From Cyanobium sp. (GTDB lineage Bacteria; Cyanobacteriota; Cyanobacteriia; PCC-6307; Cyanobiaceae), in assembly GCA_040399515.1 (NCBI GenBank), contig JBBASA010000002.1, forward strand, positions 23,948 to 87,947: 64,000 nucleotides of DNA, given 5' to 3'. Of this stretch, positions 27,233-36,622 are shown piece by piece. The notes below the pieces were generated by a model. That model ran no database searches. It was not told the DNA's origin and saw only the letters and a program-made list of their open reading frames with translations. Position 1 is the first letter of the stretch, and each line of letters begins with the position of its first letter. The translations under genes were made by a program, and so were the position numbers.

Positions 27233-27753
27233 GAATCGGCATGCCTCCAGGGAGTGTGGTGATGGGCCTCTCCACTGCCTGCCTGTTCATGGCGGCCTGC
27301 GGGGCAGATGGTGTCGAGAAAGGACCACCCCAATACCTGCCGATCGAAGCCCAATGGTGTCTGTCGGGGGAGCCACCCCGCTGCATCGACCTGGAAGTGC
27401 CGACAACACCACGCCAATTCAGCATGGGGCTGCAGCAGAGGCCGGCCCTGCCTCCCCTTCGGGGGATGTGGTTTGTCTTCAGCCCTCCTGAGGTGGCGAA
27501 ATTCTGGATGCACCGGACCCTCGCCCCCCTCGACCTTCTCTTCATCGCCAACAACCGCATCCTGGCCATCGAGGCCAATGTGCCCATCTGTCCCAACCTC
27601 CCCTGCCCTAGCTATGGACCCGACACGCCAGTAGACGGGGTGGTGGAGCTCGGCGCGGGAGAAGCCGAAAGGCTCGGGCTCATGGTGGGCAGCTCTGTGC
27701 AGTTCAACTGGCTCGCCCAACCGGCCAAGCCTTCAACACGAACACCGGATTGA
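27229..27753 (+). CDS. DUF192-family lipoprotein
   Basis: Lipobox-like LFMAACG, then RQFSMGLQQR...RGMWFVF...FWMHRTLAPLDLLFI...VVELGAGEA, which resembles DUF192. ATGA overlap with the regulator gene. Confidence 0.65.
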   Translation: MRIGMPPGSVVMGLSTACLFMAACGADGVEKGPPQYLPIEAQWCLSGEPPRCIDLEVPTTPRQFSMGLQQRPALPPLRGMWFVFSPPEVAKFWMHRTLAPLDLLFIANNRILAIEANVPICPNLPCPSYGPDTPVDGVVELGAGEAERLGLMVGSSVQFNWLAQPAKPSTRTPD

Positions 27754-28978
27754 GCGGGGCCAAACGGGTGCCATCGGCCAGGGGGACCCCTCGCCAGGCC
27801 TGCACCTGACTGACAGCCACCTGCAGACCCCCATAGTCGAGCTCAGCCCGAAGCTCCGCCAGGGCCTCCACGGTGGCCAAGGGGATCACCACCTTTCCCT
27901 CCGGCTTCAACCGGGCCAGGACAGCACGTAGCACCTCCCTGCGGTCTCGACCGCCCCCGCCGATCAGCACACGGTCGGGCGGCGGCAGATCGGCCAGGGC
28001 ACCCGGGGCCTCCCCTTCCACCACGCCTGCCGGCTGCACAGCGAGCCACCTCGCGTTCCGGCGGATCAGATCGGCAGCGCCAGGCCGGCGCTCCACTGCC
28101 CAGAGCTGAAGGTGGGGACGCAACCGCAGGGCTTCCAAGCCCACAGAACCCACCCCTGCCCCCACATCCCACAACACCCCTACCGGGGGAAGATCCAGGT
28201 CGGCCAGGAGCTGAATGCGCACCTCCCGCTTGGTCATCAGACCGGGGTGATCGTCAATTTGGAGCCAAAGCCCATCCTCCAGGCCAAACAAAGGCAACCG
28301 CTCTGGATCGGGGGGGTCGGGGGACTCCGCCAGAAGCACCACTATGTGGAGAGGGTCGAGATCCTCCGGCAGGGGAAGCTGGGCAGGGAACCGGCGCATA
28401 CGCTCCTGGGGGTGGCCAAGGCGTTCACACACCCAGAAGGCGTAACTCGCACCCAGACCTGAGGCCAGTAGCCCTTGTCGGACCGTTTCTGCTCCCCGCT
28501 GGCCAGGATCAGTGAGGACGGCCAATGCAGATGGACGGCCCTTCAACGCTACCGCCAGGGGCTCCGGATCCCGTCCGTGCACACTCAACCAGGCCGCGTC
28601 CTGCCAGGGACGGCCCAGGCGGGCAAAGGCCAGCTGCAGGGAGGTGGGCGCGGGGTGGAACGTCAGGCACTGGGCCGGCAGGGTGTTCACGAGCAGGCGG
28701 CCAATGCCAAACCACAGGGGATCACCACTGGCCAGCAACACCCCCTGTCCGCCAGCGTCCAGCGCCTCCTCCAGCCAGGGAAGCAGCACATCCGGCTGAT
28801 CCGTAGCCATGATCGGAAGGGGGGAAGCGGCCTTGGCACACCAGGCCTGCAGTCCGGCATGGAGCCGGCGGGGGGCGGCCACCCAATCCACCTCAAGAAG
28901 CCGATCCTTCCAGCGCTGGCTCAAGCCCTCAAGGCCGGACGCATCGGTGCCCACCACATCCAGATGGCCACTTCCCAT
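27704..28978 (-). CDS. cobL: precorrin-6Y C5,15-methyltransferase (decarboxylating), CbiE/CbiT fusion
   Basis: 424 aa. The N-terminal tetrapyrrole methylase part carries LLASGDPLWFGIG. The C-terminal SAM methyltransferase part carries LWDVGAGVGSVGLEA. Confidence 0.85.
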   Translation of the reverse strand: MGSGHLDVVGTDASGLEGLSQRWKDRLLEVDWVAAPRRLHAGLQAWCAKAASPLPIMATDQPDVLLPWLEEALDAGGQGVLLASGDPLWFGIGRLLVNTLPAQCLTFHPAPTSLQLAFARLGRPWQDAAWLSVHGRDPEPLAVALKGRPSALAVLTDPGQRGAETVRQGLLASGLGASYAFWVCERLGHPQERMRRFPAQLPLPEDLDPLHIVVLLAESPDPPDPERLPLFGLEDGLWLQIDDHPGLMTKREVRIQLLADLDLPPVGVLWDVGAGVGSVGLEALRLRPHLQLWAVERRPGAADLIRRNARWLAVQPAGVVEGEAPGALADLPPPDRVLIGGGGRDRREVLRAVLARLKPEGKVVIPLATVEALAELRAELDYGGLQVAVSQVQAWRGVPLADGTRLAPLNPVFVLKAWPVGRAS

Positions 28979-29016
28979 GATGCCTATGACCTACCCAGGA
29001 GGACGACCCTTCCACC

Positions 29017-29301
29017 ATGGCTGATCGTCGCCAAAGGATTCATGAACTGGTGGTGGCCCTGATGGCACACCAGGGGGAGATGGAGTTGTTGAGGGAAGAG
29101 GGTGGCCACCTGGGTCCACCCCAAGGGGAGGGCCAAACCCACCCTGGGGAAGCGATGAAGCGCAGCCGACGGGTGATTCGGCACTACCAGGCACTGGTGC
29201 ATTCGGCGGTCACCCTGGATGCGCTGATCGACCAGGAACTGCTCGGGAGCCCGCTGGCCTCCTCCTCCCTCACGGGGACAGGAGACAGCCTCTGCCCCTG
29301 A
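29017..29301 (+). CDS. small hypothetical protein (94 aa)
   Basis: It fills the cobL-mqo gap. Codon third positions are GC-rich like the neighbouring genes, and the opposite-strand ORF (28984..29307) looks non-protein-like. No family was recognised. Confidence 0.4.
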   Translation: MADRRQRIHELVVALMAHQGEMELLREEGGHLGPPQGEGQTHPGEAMKRSRRVIRHYQALVHSAVTLDALIDQELLGSPLASSSLTGTGDSLCP

Positions 29302-29323
29302 GGCCATCCGAGGACATCCCCCC

Positions 29324-30769
29324 TCAAACCACCTCAGGCTGGGGAGACTCCATCAATTCCTGCGCCAACAGCACCCGATCCAACTGGCCCCCCAGATGCT
29401 GAACGATGGCTTCGGCATCGCGCACGGCATTGCCCAGGCAGCAGGTTCCCCCCGGGGAGGGGGTGACATTGAAGACCAGGCCAGGGCAAGCGGGAATGCT
29501 TACCTCACCCAGCATCAACTTACGCTGCTGTTTATCAATTAACTGGGGCCGAACCCCCCCATACCCCAGAGCAAAGTGGAGATCCTTGATCTGCATATCG
29601 GGGACGATCTTGCGCACATCACTCGCAAACAGGCGCCGACGCAATCCGGGCACTTCATAGAGCAGATTACGAAAGATGTAGGAACGGATATCGGAATCGA
29701 AAAAGAGCTCGCCTAAAACGGCCAGCACATTTCCATCAACGCGGAGCACCTCCAGAAATTCGGCAAAGGAAGCGGGTCGGTAGCGTTCCAAGAGAGGAAG
29801 GAGAAGGGCGGTGGGCCCGAAGCGCGTTTGCCCGGCCACCCGTACATCCGGATCCCCATGGAGGGCAGCAAAGGGCAACTTGTCGTTCTGCATGGTGTAG
29901 ACCTTGCCGCGCAGAACGGACGGGGCGAAGTAGAAACTGCCCGCTACGGGCAGACAGGAGTACTGCAGGCCGTAGCCCATGCGTTGGGCCAGCAGCAGGC
30001 TGTGGCCCCCCGCGTTCACCACCACGTAGCGAGCCCTCAGGCGCCTTGGTTTGGGGATGCGGCCAGGAGCTCCCTCACTCCCTGGCCATGGCTTGAGCTC
30101 CACCAGAAAGCCTTCCCCATCGGGGGTCAGGCTTCGAAGCTCCGTTCCCAGATGGAGGTTCAGGGTTCGATGGGGCTGGCTGGCGAGCCGGGTGGTGGCC
30201 TGGTCGACAAACGATTCCGCCAGAGCTTCGTAATCCACCGCCGTAGCCTCCCCCCGAATGCCGATGGCCGCCAGGTCCTCGGGCCGGAGCTCTCCCTTCA
30301 CCAGACCAACCCGGGGCTCCCATTCCGCAATGGCGGCCTTGTCCAGCAGCTGCATGGCAGGGAAATGGGGAGAGAAACCCTGAAAGCGCTCCCGCAGTCG
30401 GGTGGTTTCCCCTTTCCCCACGGCCAGCACCATTTTCTGGGTGTTGAATACACAGCGTTCCCGCTGGGCCGGGGGCAACTGGCTGGCATAACGGCCGATC
30501 ATCCCGGCGATCCGCTTCACCTTCAGCGCCTTTTCGAGGGTGTAGTTGGTCTCGATATCCCCGCAGTGAATGGTCTGGCTGTTGCTTGAAGCGCGGGAGT
30601 TCACCTGGGCCAGCTGCCCATAGCGCTCCACCAGGGTGAGATGGGAGAGGGCGCTGTAACGGGCCAGAACGAACAACAAGGCCGTCCCGCACACGCCGCC
30701 CCCGACGATCAGCACATCCGTGGTGGGAAGGGTTTCGGCTTCCAGAGAAAGCGTCTCCGGCTGCGGCAT
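29324..30769 (-). CDS. mqo: malate:quinone oxidoreductase-like FAD-dependent oxidoreductase
   Basis: DVLIVGGGVCGTALL dinucleotide fold and NSQTIHCGDIETNYT resembling the Mqo family; 481 aa. Confidence 0.6.
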   Translation of the reverse strand: MPQPETLSLEAETLPTTDVLIVGGGVCGTALLFVLARYSALSHLTLVERYGQLAQVNSRASSNSQTIHCGDIETNYTLEKALKVKRIAGMIGRYASQLPPAQRERCVFNTQKMVLAVGKGETTRLRERFQGFSPHFPAMQLLDKAAIAEWEPRVGLVKGELRPEDLAAIGIRGEATAVDYEALAESFVDQATTRLASQPHRTLNLHLGTELRSLTPDGEGFLVELKPWPGSEGAPGRIPKPRRLRARYVVVNAGGHSLLLAQRMGYGLQYSCLPVAGSFYFAPSVLRGKVYTMQNDKLPFAALHGDPDVRVAGQTRFGPTALLLPLLERYRPASFAEFLEVLRVDGNVLAVLGELFFDSDIRSYIFRNLLYEVPGLRRRLFASDVRKIVPDMQIKDLHFALGYGGVRPQLIDKQQRKLMLGEVSIPACPGLVFNVTPSPGGTCCLGNAVRDAEAIVQHLGGQLDRVLLAQELMESPQPEVV

Positions 30770-30816
30770 GGCACCCCATGGCAGGCATCACAGCCCCCAT
30801 GGTGGCGGATCAGCCC

Positions 30817-31704
30817 TCAGCCGTTGGGAGACACCAAAATCAGGACGGCACCCGCCAGCATCAGGGCCACGGCAGGGAGCCGAAGATCGGGCCGGGGCTC
30901 CCCCAACAACATCCCCCCGGCGGCCGCACTGAAGAGGGTGCTAATCCGCTTGATGGCAATGACATTCACGACGGCCGTGCGCTGCAGAGCTTCCATCTGC
31001 ACGGCCATGCCCAGGGCGCCGATCACCCCAAAGAGCAGCAGGCTTCCCCTGTTGCTCTGCCAAAACCCCCCATCCACAGACGGGAGGGTCAGACTTCTCC
31101 CCTCGCCCGCCACCAGGGCTGAAAGCGTCAGGGGCAGGCCCACCACCATGTTCAATCCCACGACCCAAGCCAAGCTGCTGCTGGCCCTCACACCCACTTT
31201 GTCGATGCCGGCGCCGATGCCCCAGAGCATGGCGACGAGCAGCATCCATCGGGCCCCAGGGGTGTTCACTATGCCCTGGGAAATGTCCCCATCCGTGGCC
31301 CCCAACCGAAGGGCCCCGAGAACGATCAACACCATGCCAGCCAGGCTCCCGGGACCCGGCGTCTCCCCCAGCATCAACCAGGCACTGATCAGGAGCACTA
31401 GGGGGGAGAGATTGAGCAGCGGCACCACAAGGCTGAGCTCGCCGCGACTGAGGGCTCGGCCGTAGGCCCAGAAGGCCAGACCGTTCACCAGGGCGGTGGC
31501 GACGAGGGCCTGAAGGAGCCCAGGCCACTGGGGGGTGGGCCCGGGAAGCAAGGTGAGGGGCAACGCAACCAGAGCCGCCACCAGACATCCCACGCCCATC
31601 ACCAATCTGGAAGTGAGGCCGGATCGTTTCAGGAGGCGCCGGGCCAGCAAGTCCTGACCGCTCTGGCAGCAGGCGGTGAGCAAGGCCAAAGCGGGCCAGA
31701 TCAT
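30817..31704 (-). CDS. DMT-superfamily (EamA-like) transporter
   Basis: About 10 transmembrane segments in two EamA-like halves. The start is trimmed to ATG 31704 (MIWPALALL) because the longer ORF runs into tRNA-Val. Confidence 0.7.
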   Translation of the reverse strand: MIWPALALLTACCQSGQDLLARRLLKRSGLTSRLVMGVGCLVAALVALPLTLLPGPTPQWPGLLQALVATALVNGLAFWAYGRALSRGELSLVVPLLNLSPLVLLISAWLMLGETPGPGSLAGMVLIVLGALRLGATDGDISQGIVNTPGARWMLLVAMLWGIGAGIDKVGVRASSSLAWVVGLNMVVGLPLTLSALVAGEGRSLTLPSVDGGFWQSNRGSLLLFGVIGALGMAVQMEALQRTAVVNVIAIKRISTLFSAAAGGMLLGEPRPDLRLPAVALMLAGAVLILVSPNG

Positions 31705-31772
31705 GGGGTGGGTAACGGGCCCAGGGTGGTTTATGCTCCCATTGTTGGCTGATCGCTCAAGGCGGGCCACCA

Positions 31773-31844
<72 letters not shown>

Positions 31845-32099
31845 TTTTCAGTCTTTTGAGTCTCGGCTGAGGCGGCTACTGCTTGCTTTGGAAAAAGCCG
31901 ATGCCCTGTTCATGGATAAGGATCCACTCACGGGGCTGGCCTTGAAGGGCAGCCTCTCCCCGTCGGCAGCGGCGCCGCCCTATCCGCACCCATTCCGGCA
32001 ACGCCGCTCCCACAGCACACCTCCTGGCCGGTGGTGCGGTCTGGAGCCCATGCAGGCCGTCTCTCCTCTGGCCATACTTCGAGTGGCTGAACCCCATGC

Positions 32100-33011
32100 A
32101 TGATGAGCGACCCTGAGGCCCCTCTCTCCTTCGATGGGGTTGGGGAGGACTCCATCCCTGAGCTGGTCCGGCTTGGGGAACAACTGATGCGTGCCCGGGA
32201 GGGTGCGGGATTGTCCCTGGATGCCCTGGCGACGCGGCTCCGAGTGGAACCGCGCCTCCTGCAGGCCTTGGAGCAGGGGGATCACCGCAAACTCCCTGAA
32301 GGGGTGTTCATCGTGGCCCTGGCCCGCCGCATCGCTGGAACCCTGAACGCGAATGTGGAGGAAGGGATCGCCAACGTGCGCCAGAGCCGGCTCATGGAGC
32401 ACAGGCCTGCCAGCACCTCCAAACCCTCCGGGGACGCCAGCCCTGACCTTGCCCGCAGGCTGACAGAGCCAACCCGCAAGCCCCCTCGACAGACGCCGAG
32501 TTCTTCGGGGCGACGACCGCCCATCCCCCTCTGGGGCTGGGCACTGGCTGCCCTGCTGACGGCCCTGGGAGCGACAGCCGCTTGGCTCCTGCTGGCCCCA
32601 TCCCCCAGCCGCCGCCCCACCGCTTCGCCGGAGCCGGAGCCCACCCCGGCTCCGGCTCCGGAACGGGCCGTGCCCCCACCTACTTCCCTCCAGCCGACCC
32701 AGGGCATCAAGCCCGGTGGCGTCTCGAGCACCAGTACGGACACCCTGCGCCTTCAGGCCAGCGAGGCCAGCTGGCTGGAGGTGCGTGACGCCAACGGCAA
32801 AACACTCTTTGAAGGAACCCTGATTGGGGAACGGAGCTTCCCTCTGGGCCGCGGCCTGGAGGTGATGGCCGGCCGTCCCTATGTGGTGCGTGCCTCCATC
32901 GGGCCCGGTCAGGCCACTCCCCTAGGCGGTGTGGATGACATCCGCTGGAAACGGTTCAGCCCCGAGCCGCTCACGCCGGCAGCGACTCCTCCGCCAACGC
33001 CCTCACCTTGA
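32100..33011 (+). CDS. RodZ-like helix-turn-helix protein with a C-terminal DUF4115-like domain
   Basis: HTH region LGEQLMRAREGAGLSLDALATRL...LPEGVFIVALARRIA, a Pro-rich linker, one transmembrane segment (WGWALAALLTALGATAAWLLL), and the C-terminal LRLQASEASWLEVRDANGKTLFEG. Confidence 0.7.
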   Translation: MMSDPEAPLSFDGVGEDSIPELVRLGEQLMRAREGAGLSLDALATRLRVEPRLLQALEQGDHRKLPEGVFIVALARRIAGTLNANVEEGIANVRQSRLMEHRPASTSKPSGDASPDLARRLTEPTRKPPRQTPSSSGRRPPIPLWGWALAALLTALGATAAWLLLAPSPSRRPTASPEPEPTPAPAPERAVPPPTSLQPTQGIKPGGVSSTSTDTLRLQASEASWLEVRDANGKTLFEGTLIGERSFPLGRGLEVMAGRPYVVRASIGPGQATPLGGVDDIRWKRFSPEPLTPAATPPPTPSP

Positions 33012-34638
33012 GCTCCAATCCCGATGCCTCCAGCACAACGGGAGCACAGGAGCGGAGACTCCAGCACTCCAGGCTTAGATCCGGACATCCCTCTCCGTTC
33101 CTGGCCGTCTCGGGCACCAGGATCACCTCGAAGGCGGCCGTTCCCAGGCGCCTGACCTGGAGATCTGCCACCATCTGGCCCGGGCGACGGTCGAGGGCGG
33201 CGGCCAGTCGCAACAGCAGGGCCATCATGCTGACCGTGCGGCGATCCTCCCGACTTTCGATCAATTGCCACGACTCGTGCCGTTTTTTGGGCAGGCTCCG
33301 GCGGTGGTAGCGGGCCATGGCAGCCACCATCAGGTGCTCTGCCTCGGAGTAGCCCAACAGCTCCCCATGGCGAATCAGATACCAGGTGTGCTTGTGATAG
33401 GCCGCCACGTTGATGTGCTGCCCACAGGTATGGAGCTGGGCTGCGGCCCAGAGCAGCAAGCGCCCCGCCCCCGGATCCTGATGCAACCATCCCCGGGTCT
33501 GGTCGTAGAGGCTCAGGGCAAAGCTCGATACCCGGGCCGCCCGAGCCAGATCCACCCCGTAGGTGCGGGCGAGGTGGAGCACCGTGCGTTCCCGTATGGT
33601 GCTCTGAAAAGCGAATCGGTCGTCGAGCAATCCCTGGCGCAGCATCCAATCCACGATCAGGCCCTCCCGCAGGGCTCGCTCACACACCACCAGCTCGCGC
33701 ATCTGCAGCATCGCCATGGCGGTGTGAAGAATGAGCGCCCCGTGCACGATGATTTCCGCCCGACGGTCGTTGATCGGGGCGAGCTGCCGGCGCTGCTCCA
33801 GAGGCATCGCCATGAGGCGCTGGAGCAGCGCCTGCACCCGTGATCGGGTGAGGCGATAGCCCTGGAGGCGCAGGGGTGTGCGGCCTTCCTCCGCCGCCAG
33901 CAGGGCCGCCATAGCCATGGCCGTGCCGCTGGTGGCCACCATCAGGGGCTTCTCGCCCGGCTGCAGGGCCTGCTTGACCTGGGCCACGGCAGGGTCCAAC
34001 GAACCCTGGATGTAGGCCTCCAGAAAGCTGCGCCGAGAGGGGGGAAGGGGATCCTCCTGGCCGAAATCGCGCTGCAGGCGCACCGCTCCGATCCGGGTGC
34101 TCGTCAGCACCCGGGCATCGGAGCCATCGGCCAGGATCAGCTCCGTGGACCCCCCGCCGATGTCCAGAATGATGTGGGGTGTCTGATCTAGGGCCATGCC
34201 GGAGAGCACGCCCAGATAGATCAAACGAGCCTCCTCCGGACCGCTGACCAGATCCACCTCCAGGCCGAGCTGGTCTTCAATGGCTTGCAGCACCTCCCGG
34301 CCGTTGGGCGCCTCCCGCACCGCACTGGTGGCTGCGGTGAGGATCTGCTCCACCCCATGGCTCAGGGCCAGATCACGGCAGTGGCGGAGAGTGAGAAAGG
34401 CCCGCTCGATGGCCTCTCCGCCCAGATCGCCGGTCACGGGATCCCGTTCCCCCAGGCGGGTGGTGGCTTTCTCCGCCAGGAGCACCCGAAAGCTGTGGAG
34501 GGCAGGATCGACGGCGGCGATCAGCAAATGGATGGAGTTGGTGCCGATGTCAATGGCGGCCACACGGCGTTCACCCCCATCTGTGTTCCCCTGGAGAGGG
34601 ATCGAAACCGAAGGATCGCTGCTGCCCATCAGAACCAT
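32971..34638 (-). CDS. ppx: exopolyphosphatase (Ppx/GppA family with a C-terminal HD-like domain)
   Basis: AAIDIGTNSIHLLIA, LDIGGGSTELIL. The start is trimmed to ATG 34638 to avoid overlapping the divergent ubiA start. Confidence 0.85.
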   Translation of the reverse strand: MVLMGSSDPSVSIPLQGNTDGGERRVAAIDIGTNSIHLLIAAVDPALHSFRVLLAEKATTRLGERDPVTGDLGGEAIERAFLTLRHCRDLALSHGVEQILTAATSAVREAPNGREVLQAIEDQLGLEVDLVSGPEEARLIYLGVLSGMALDQTPHIILDIGGGSTELILADGSDARVLTSTRIGAVRLQRDFGQEDPLPPSRRSFLEAYIQGSLDPAVAQVKQALQPGEKPLMVATSGTAMAMAALLAAEEGRTPLRLQGYRLTRSRVQALLQRLMAMPLEQRRQLAPINDRRAEIIVHGALILHTAMAMLQMRELVVCERALREGLIVDWMLRQGLLDDRFAFQSTIRERTVLHLARTYGVDLARAARVSSFALSLYDQTRGWLHQDPGAGRLLLWAAAQLHTCGQHINVAAYHKHTWYLIRHGELLGYSEAEHLMVAAMARYHRRSLPKKRHESWQLIESREDRRTVSMMALLLRLAAALDRRPGQMVADLQVRRLGTAAFEVILVPETARNGEGCPDLSLECWSLRSCAPVVLEASGLELKVRALAEESLPA

Positions 34639-34751
34639 GCTGGGCGAAGGCTGAGCCACTTTGCCACCGGTGGCCCCCGGCAGACCGTCCGCTGCAGCAA
34701 TCCGCAGTGCTCCCCTGACCGATATCCTGCCGCCACTAGGGGGGGTAAAGG

Positions 34752-35675
34752 TTGGGGCAGACATCGCCAGTAACCTGGCCCATGGGCCGAAAGATTGGCA
34801 ACTGGCTGGAACTGCTGCGCTGGCACAAACCCAGCGGAAGGCTGATCTTGCTCATCCCGGCGGGATGGGCCCTCTGGCTCCATCCGCTCTCCCCTCCCCC
34901 TGCAGCGCTGGTGGGATGGATCGTTTTGGGAGGCCTGGCGGTGAGTGGGGCCGGCTGCGTGGCCAACGACCTTTGGGACCAATCCATTGATCCCCTGGTG
35001 GATCGCACCAAGGGCCGCCCCCTGGCCGATGGACGGGTGAAGGTCGGCACCGCCTGGGCCCTGCTGGGGAGCTGCCTTCTGGTCGCCCTGATGGCGGTGC
35101 TGGCCCTCCCGGCACCAAGCCGTGGCCCCTGTATGGCCCTGGCCCTGACCTGCCTCCCGCCGGTGTTGCTCTATCCCTCCGCCAAGCGCTGGTTCCCCTT
35201 TCCCCAGCTGGTGTTGGCCCTCTGCTGGGGGTTTGCAGTGCTGATTCCCTGGGCCGCCAGCAGCGGCGCTGAGGGAGCTGCCTCTGGAGCGGTCTGGGGG
35301 TCTCTCCTTCTCACCTGGGTGGCCACCCTGCTGTGGACCTTCGGGTTCGACACGGTGTATGCCATGAGTGATCAGGAGGACGATCGTCGGATCGGAGTGC
35401 GCAGCAGCGCACTTACCCTTGGCCCAGCAGCGCCTATAGTTGTGGCCGGGTGTTACGCCCTGACATGCTTGGCCCTGGCGGGTGCGGCCTTGCTTCGCGG
35501 TGTGAACCACCCCCTGTTCTGGGTGCTCTGGGCTGGAGCGACTCTTGCCATGCAGCGGGAAGCCTGGATCCTGCGCCGCCCTGCCCTGCCCAGGGCGATC
35601 TACGGACAACACTTCAGCCACCAGGTGTGGCTCGGCAGCATGATGCTTCTAGGGCTGGTGGTGGCCCAGGCATGA
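34752..35675 (+). CDS. ubiA: 4-hydroxybenzoate polyprenyl (solanesyl) transferase
   Basis: LRWHKPSGRLILLIP, NDLWDQSIDPLVDRTKGRPLA, YAMSDQEDDRRIG. The alternative start is 34782. Confidence 0.88.
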   Translation: MGQTSPVTWPMGRKIGNWLELLRWHKPSGRLILLIPAGWALWLHPLSPPPAALVGWIVLGGLAVSGAGCVANDLWDQSIDPLVDRTKGRPLADGRVKVGTAWALLGSCLLVALMAVLALPAPSRGPCMALALTCLPPVLLYPSAKRWFPFPQLVLALCWGFAVLIPWAASSGAEGAASGAVWGSLLLTWVATLLWTFGFDTVYAMSDQEDDRRIGVRSSALTLGPAAPIVVAGCYALTCLALAGAALLRGVNHPLFWVLWAGATLAMQREAWILRRPALPRAIYGQHFSHQVWLGSMMLLGLVVAQA

Positions 35676-36622
35676 GGCGCCCCCCCTTGCCACCCCTTCC
35701 GCCCCCCCTGCGCCCAGGCGTCCGAGTGCAGTTGGTGGCCGCCAGCTCAGCCCTGGAATCGGCTGAGCGGCTGGAAGCTGGCATCGCCCTGCTCCGGAGT
35801 TGGGGGCTGGAGGTGGGGGAACCAGGCCCATTAATGGGGAGGCGCTGGGGCTATCTGGCGGGCACAGACTCGGAGCGAACGGAAGATCTAACGCGCCAGG
35901 AACCGGATGGCTCCATGGCGCCCCTCCTAGCCTGCGTGCGCGGGGGCTGGGGGTCGGCCCGTCTGCTGGACGATGGGGGGGCTGGGCTGCCCTCCCTGGC
36001 GAGCTCCCAGTGGCTGCTTGGCTTCTCTGACGTCACCTCCCTCCTCTGGGCCCGCTGGGCCCGGGGCTGCAGCGGCGGGGTGCATGGCCCACTTCTCACC
36101 ACCCTGGCGAGTGAACCCCTTTGGAGTAAGGAGCGGCTGCACGACCTTCTCTTTGGCAGGGGACTGGCCCCGCTGGAGGGCAGCGGGTGGGTGGGCGGCG
36201 TAGCCGAAGGGCCCCTGCTGGTGGCCAACCTCACGGTGGCGACCCATCTCCTTGGCACCACCCACTTGCCGGATCTGCGAGGCGCCATCGTGGTGTTTGA
36301 GGACGTGGGAGAGGCCCCCTACCGCATCGAGCGGATGCTCACCCACTGGCGCCTCTGTGGGGCGCTCCAGCAGCTGGGGGGGATCGGCTGGGGGAGCTTC
36401 CGTGGCTGCTTCGATAGGGATCGGGCCGACCAGGCCTCCGACACCTTCTTCACCACCGAGCAGGTGCTGCGGGAGCGCACGGCCGACCTGGGAATTCCTG
36501 TGGTGGCCCACCTGCCCGTGGGCCACACCCCTGGCAACGCGGCCCTACCTCTAGGGGTCTGGGCCCGCCTGGATGGATCGGCGGGCCTGCTGGAGCTGGA
36601 ACCCACCTGGCGGGAGGCCTAA
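35672..36622 (+). CDS. LD-carboxypeptidase (peptidase S66)
   Basis: GFSDVTSLL nucleophile motif and the C-terminal VAHLPVGHTPGN. ATG 35672 forms an ATGA overlap with the ubiA stop. The upstream part of ORF 35450 lies inside ubiA. Confidence 0.8.
   Translation: MRRPPLPPLPPPLRPGVRVQLVAASSALESAERLEAGIALLRSWGLEVGEPGPLMGRRWGYLAGTDSERTEDLTRQEPDGSMAPLLACVRGGWGSARLLDDGGAGLPSLASSQWLLGFSDVTSLLWARWARGCSGGVHGPLLTTLASEPLWSKERLHDLLFGRGLAPLEGSGWVGGVAEGPLLVANLTVATHLLGTTHLPDLRGAIVVFEDVGEAPYRIERMLTHWRLCGALQQLGGIGWGSFRGCFDRDRADQASDTFFTTEQVLRERTADLGIPVVAHLPVGHTPGNAALPLGVWARLDGSAGLLELEPTWREA

Noticed and set aside
28475-29062. 195-aa plus-strand ORF and several 60-116 aa ORFs across 27843-28900
   Set aside because: They are antisense or out of frame relative to cobL.
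29828-31465. ORFs of 253 aa and 274 aa (plus strand) and 241 aa (minus strand)
   Set aside because: They are antisense or out of frame relative to mqo and the DMT transporter gene.
34629-35621. 330-aa minus-strand ORF
   Set aside because: It is antisense to ubiA and its composition is not protein-like.
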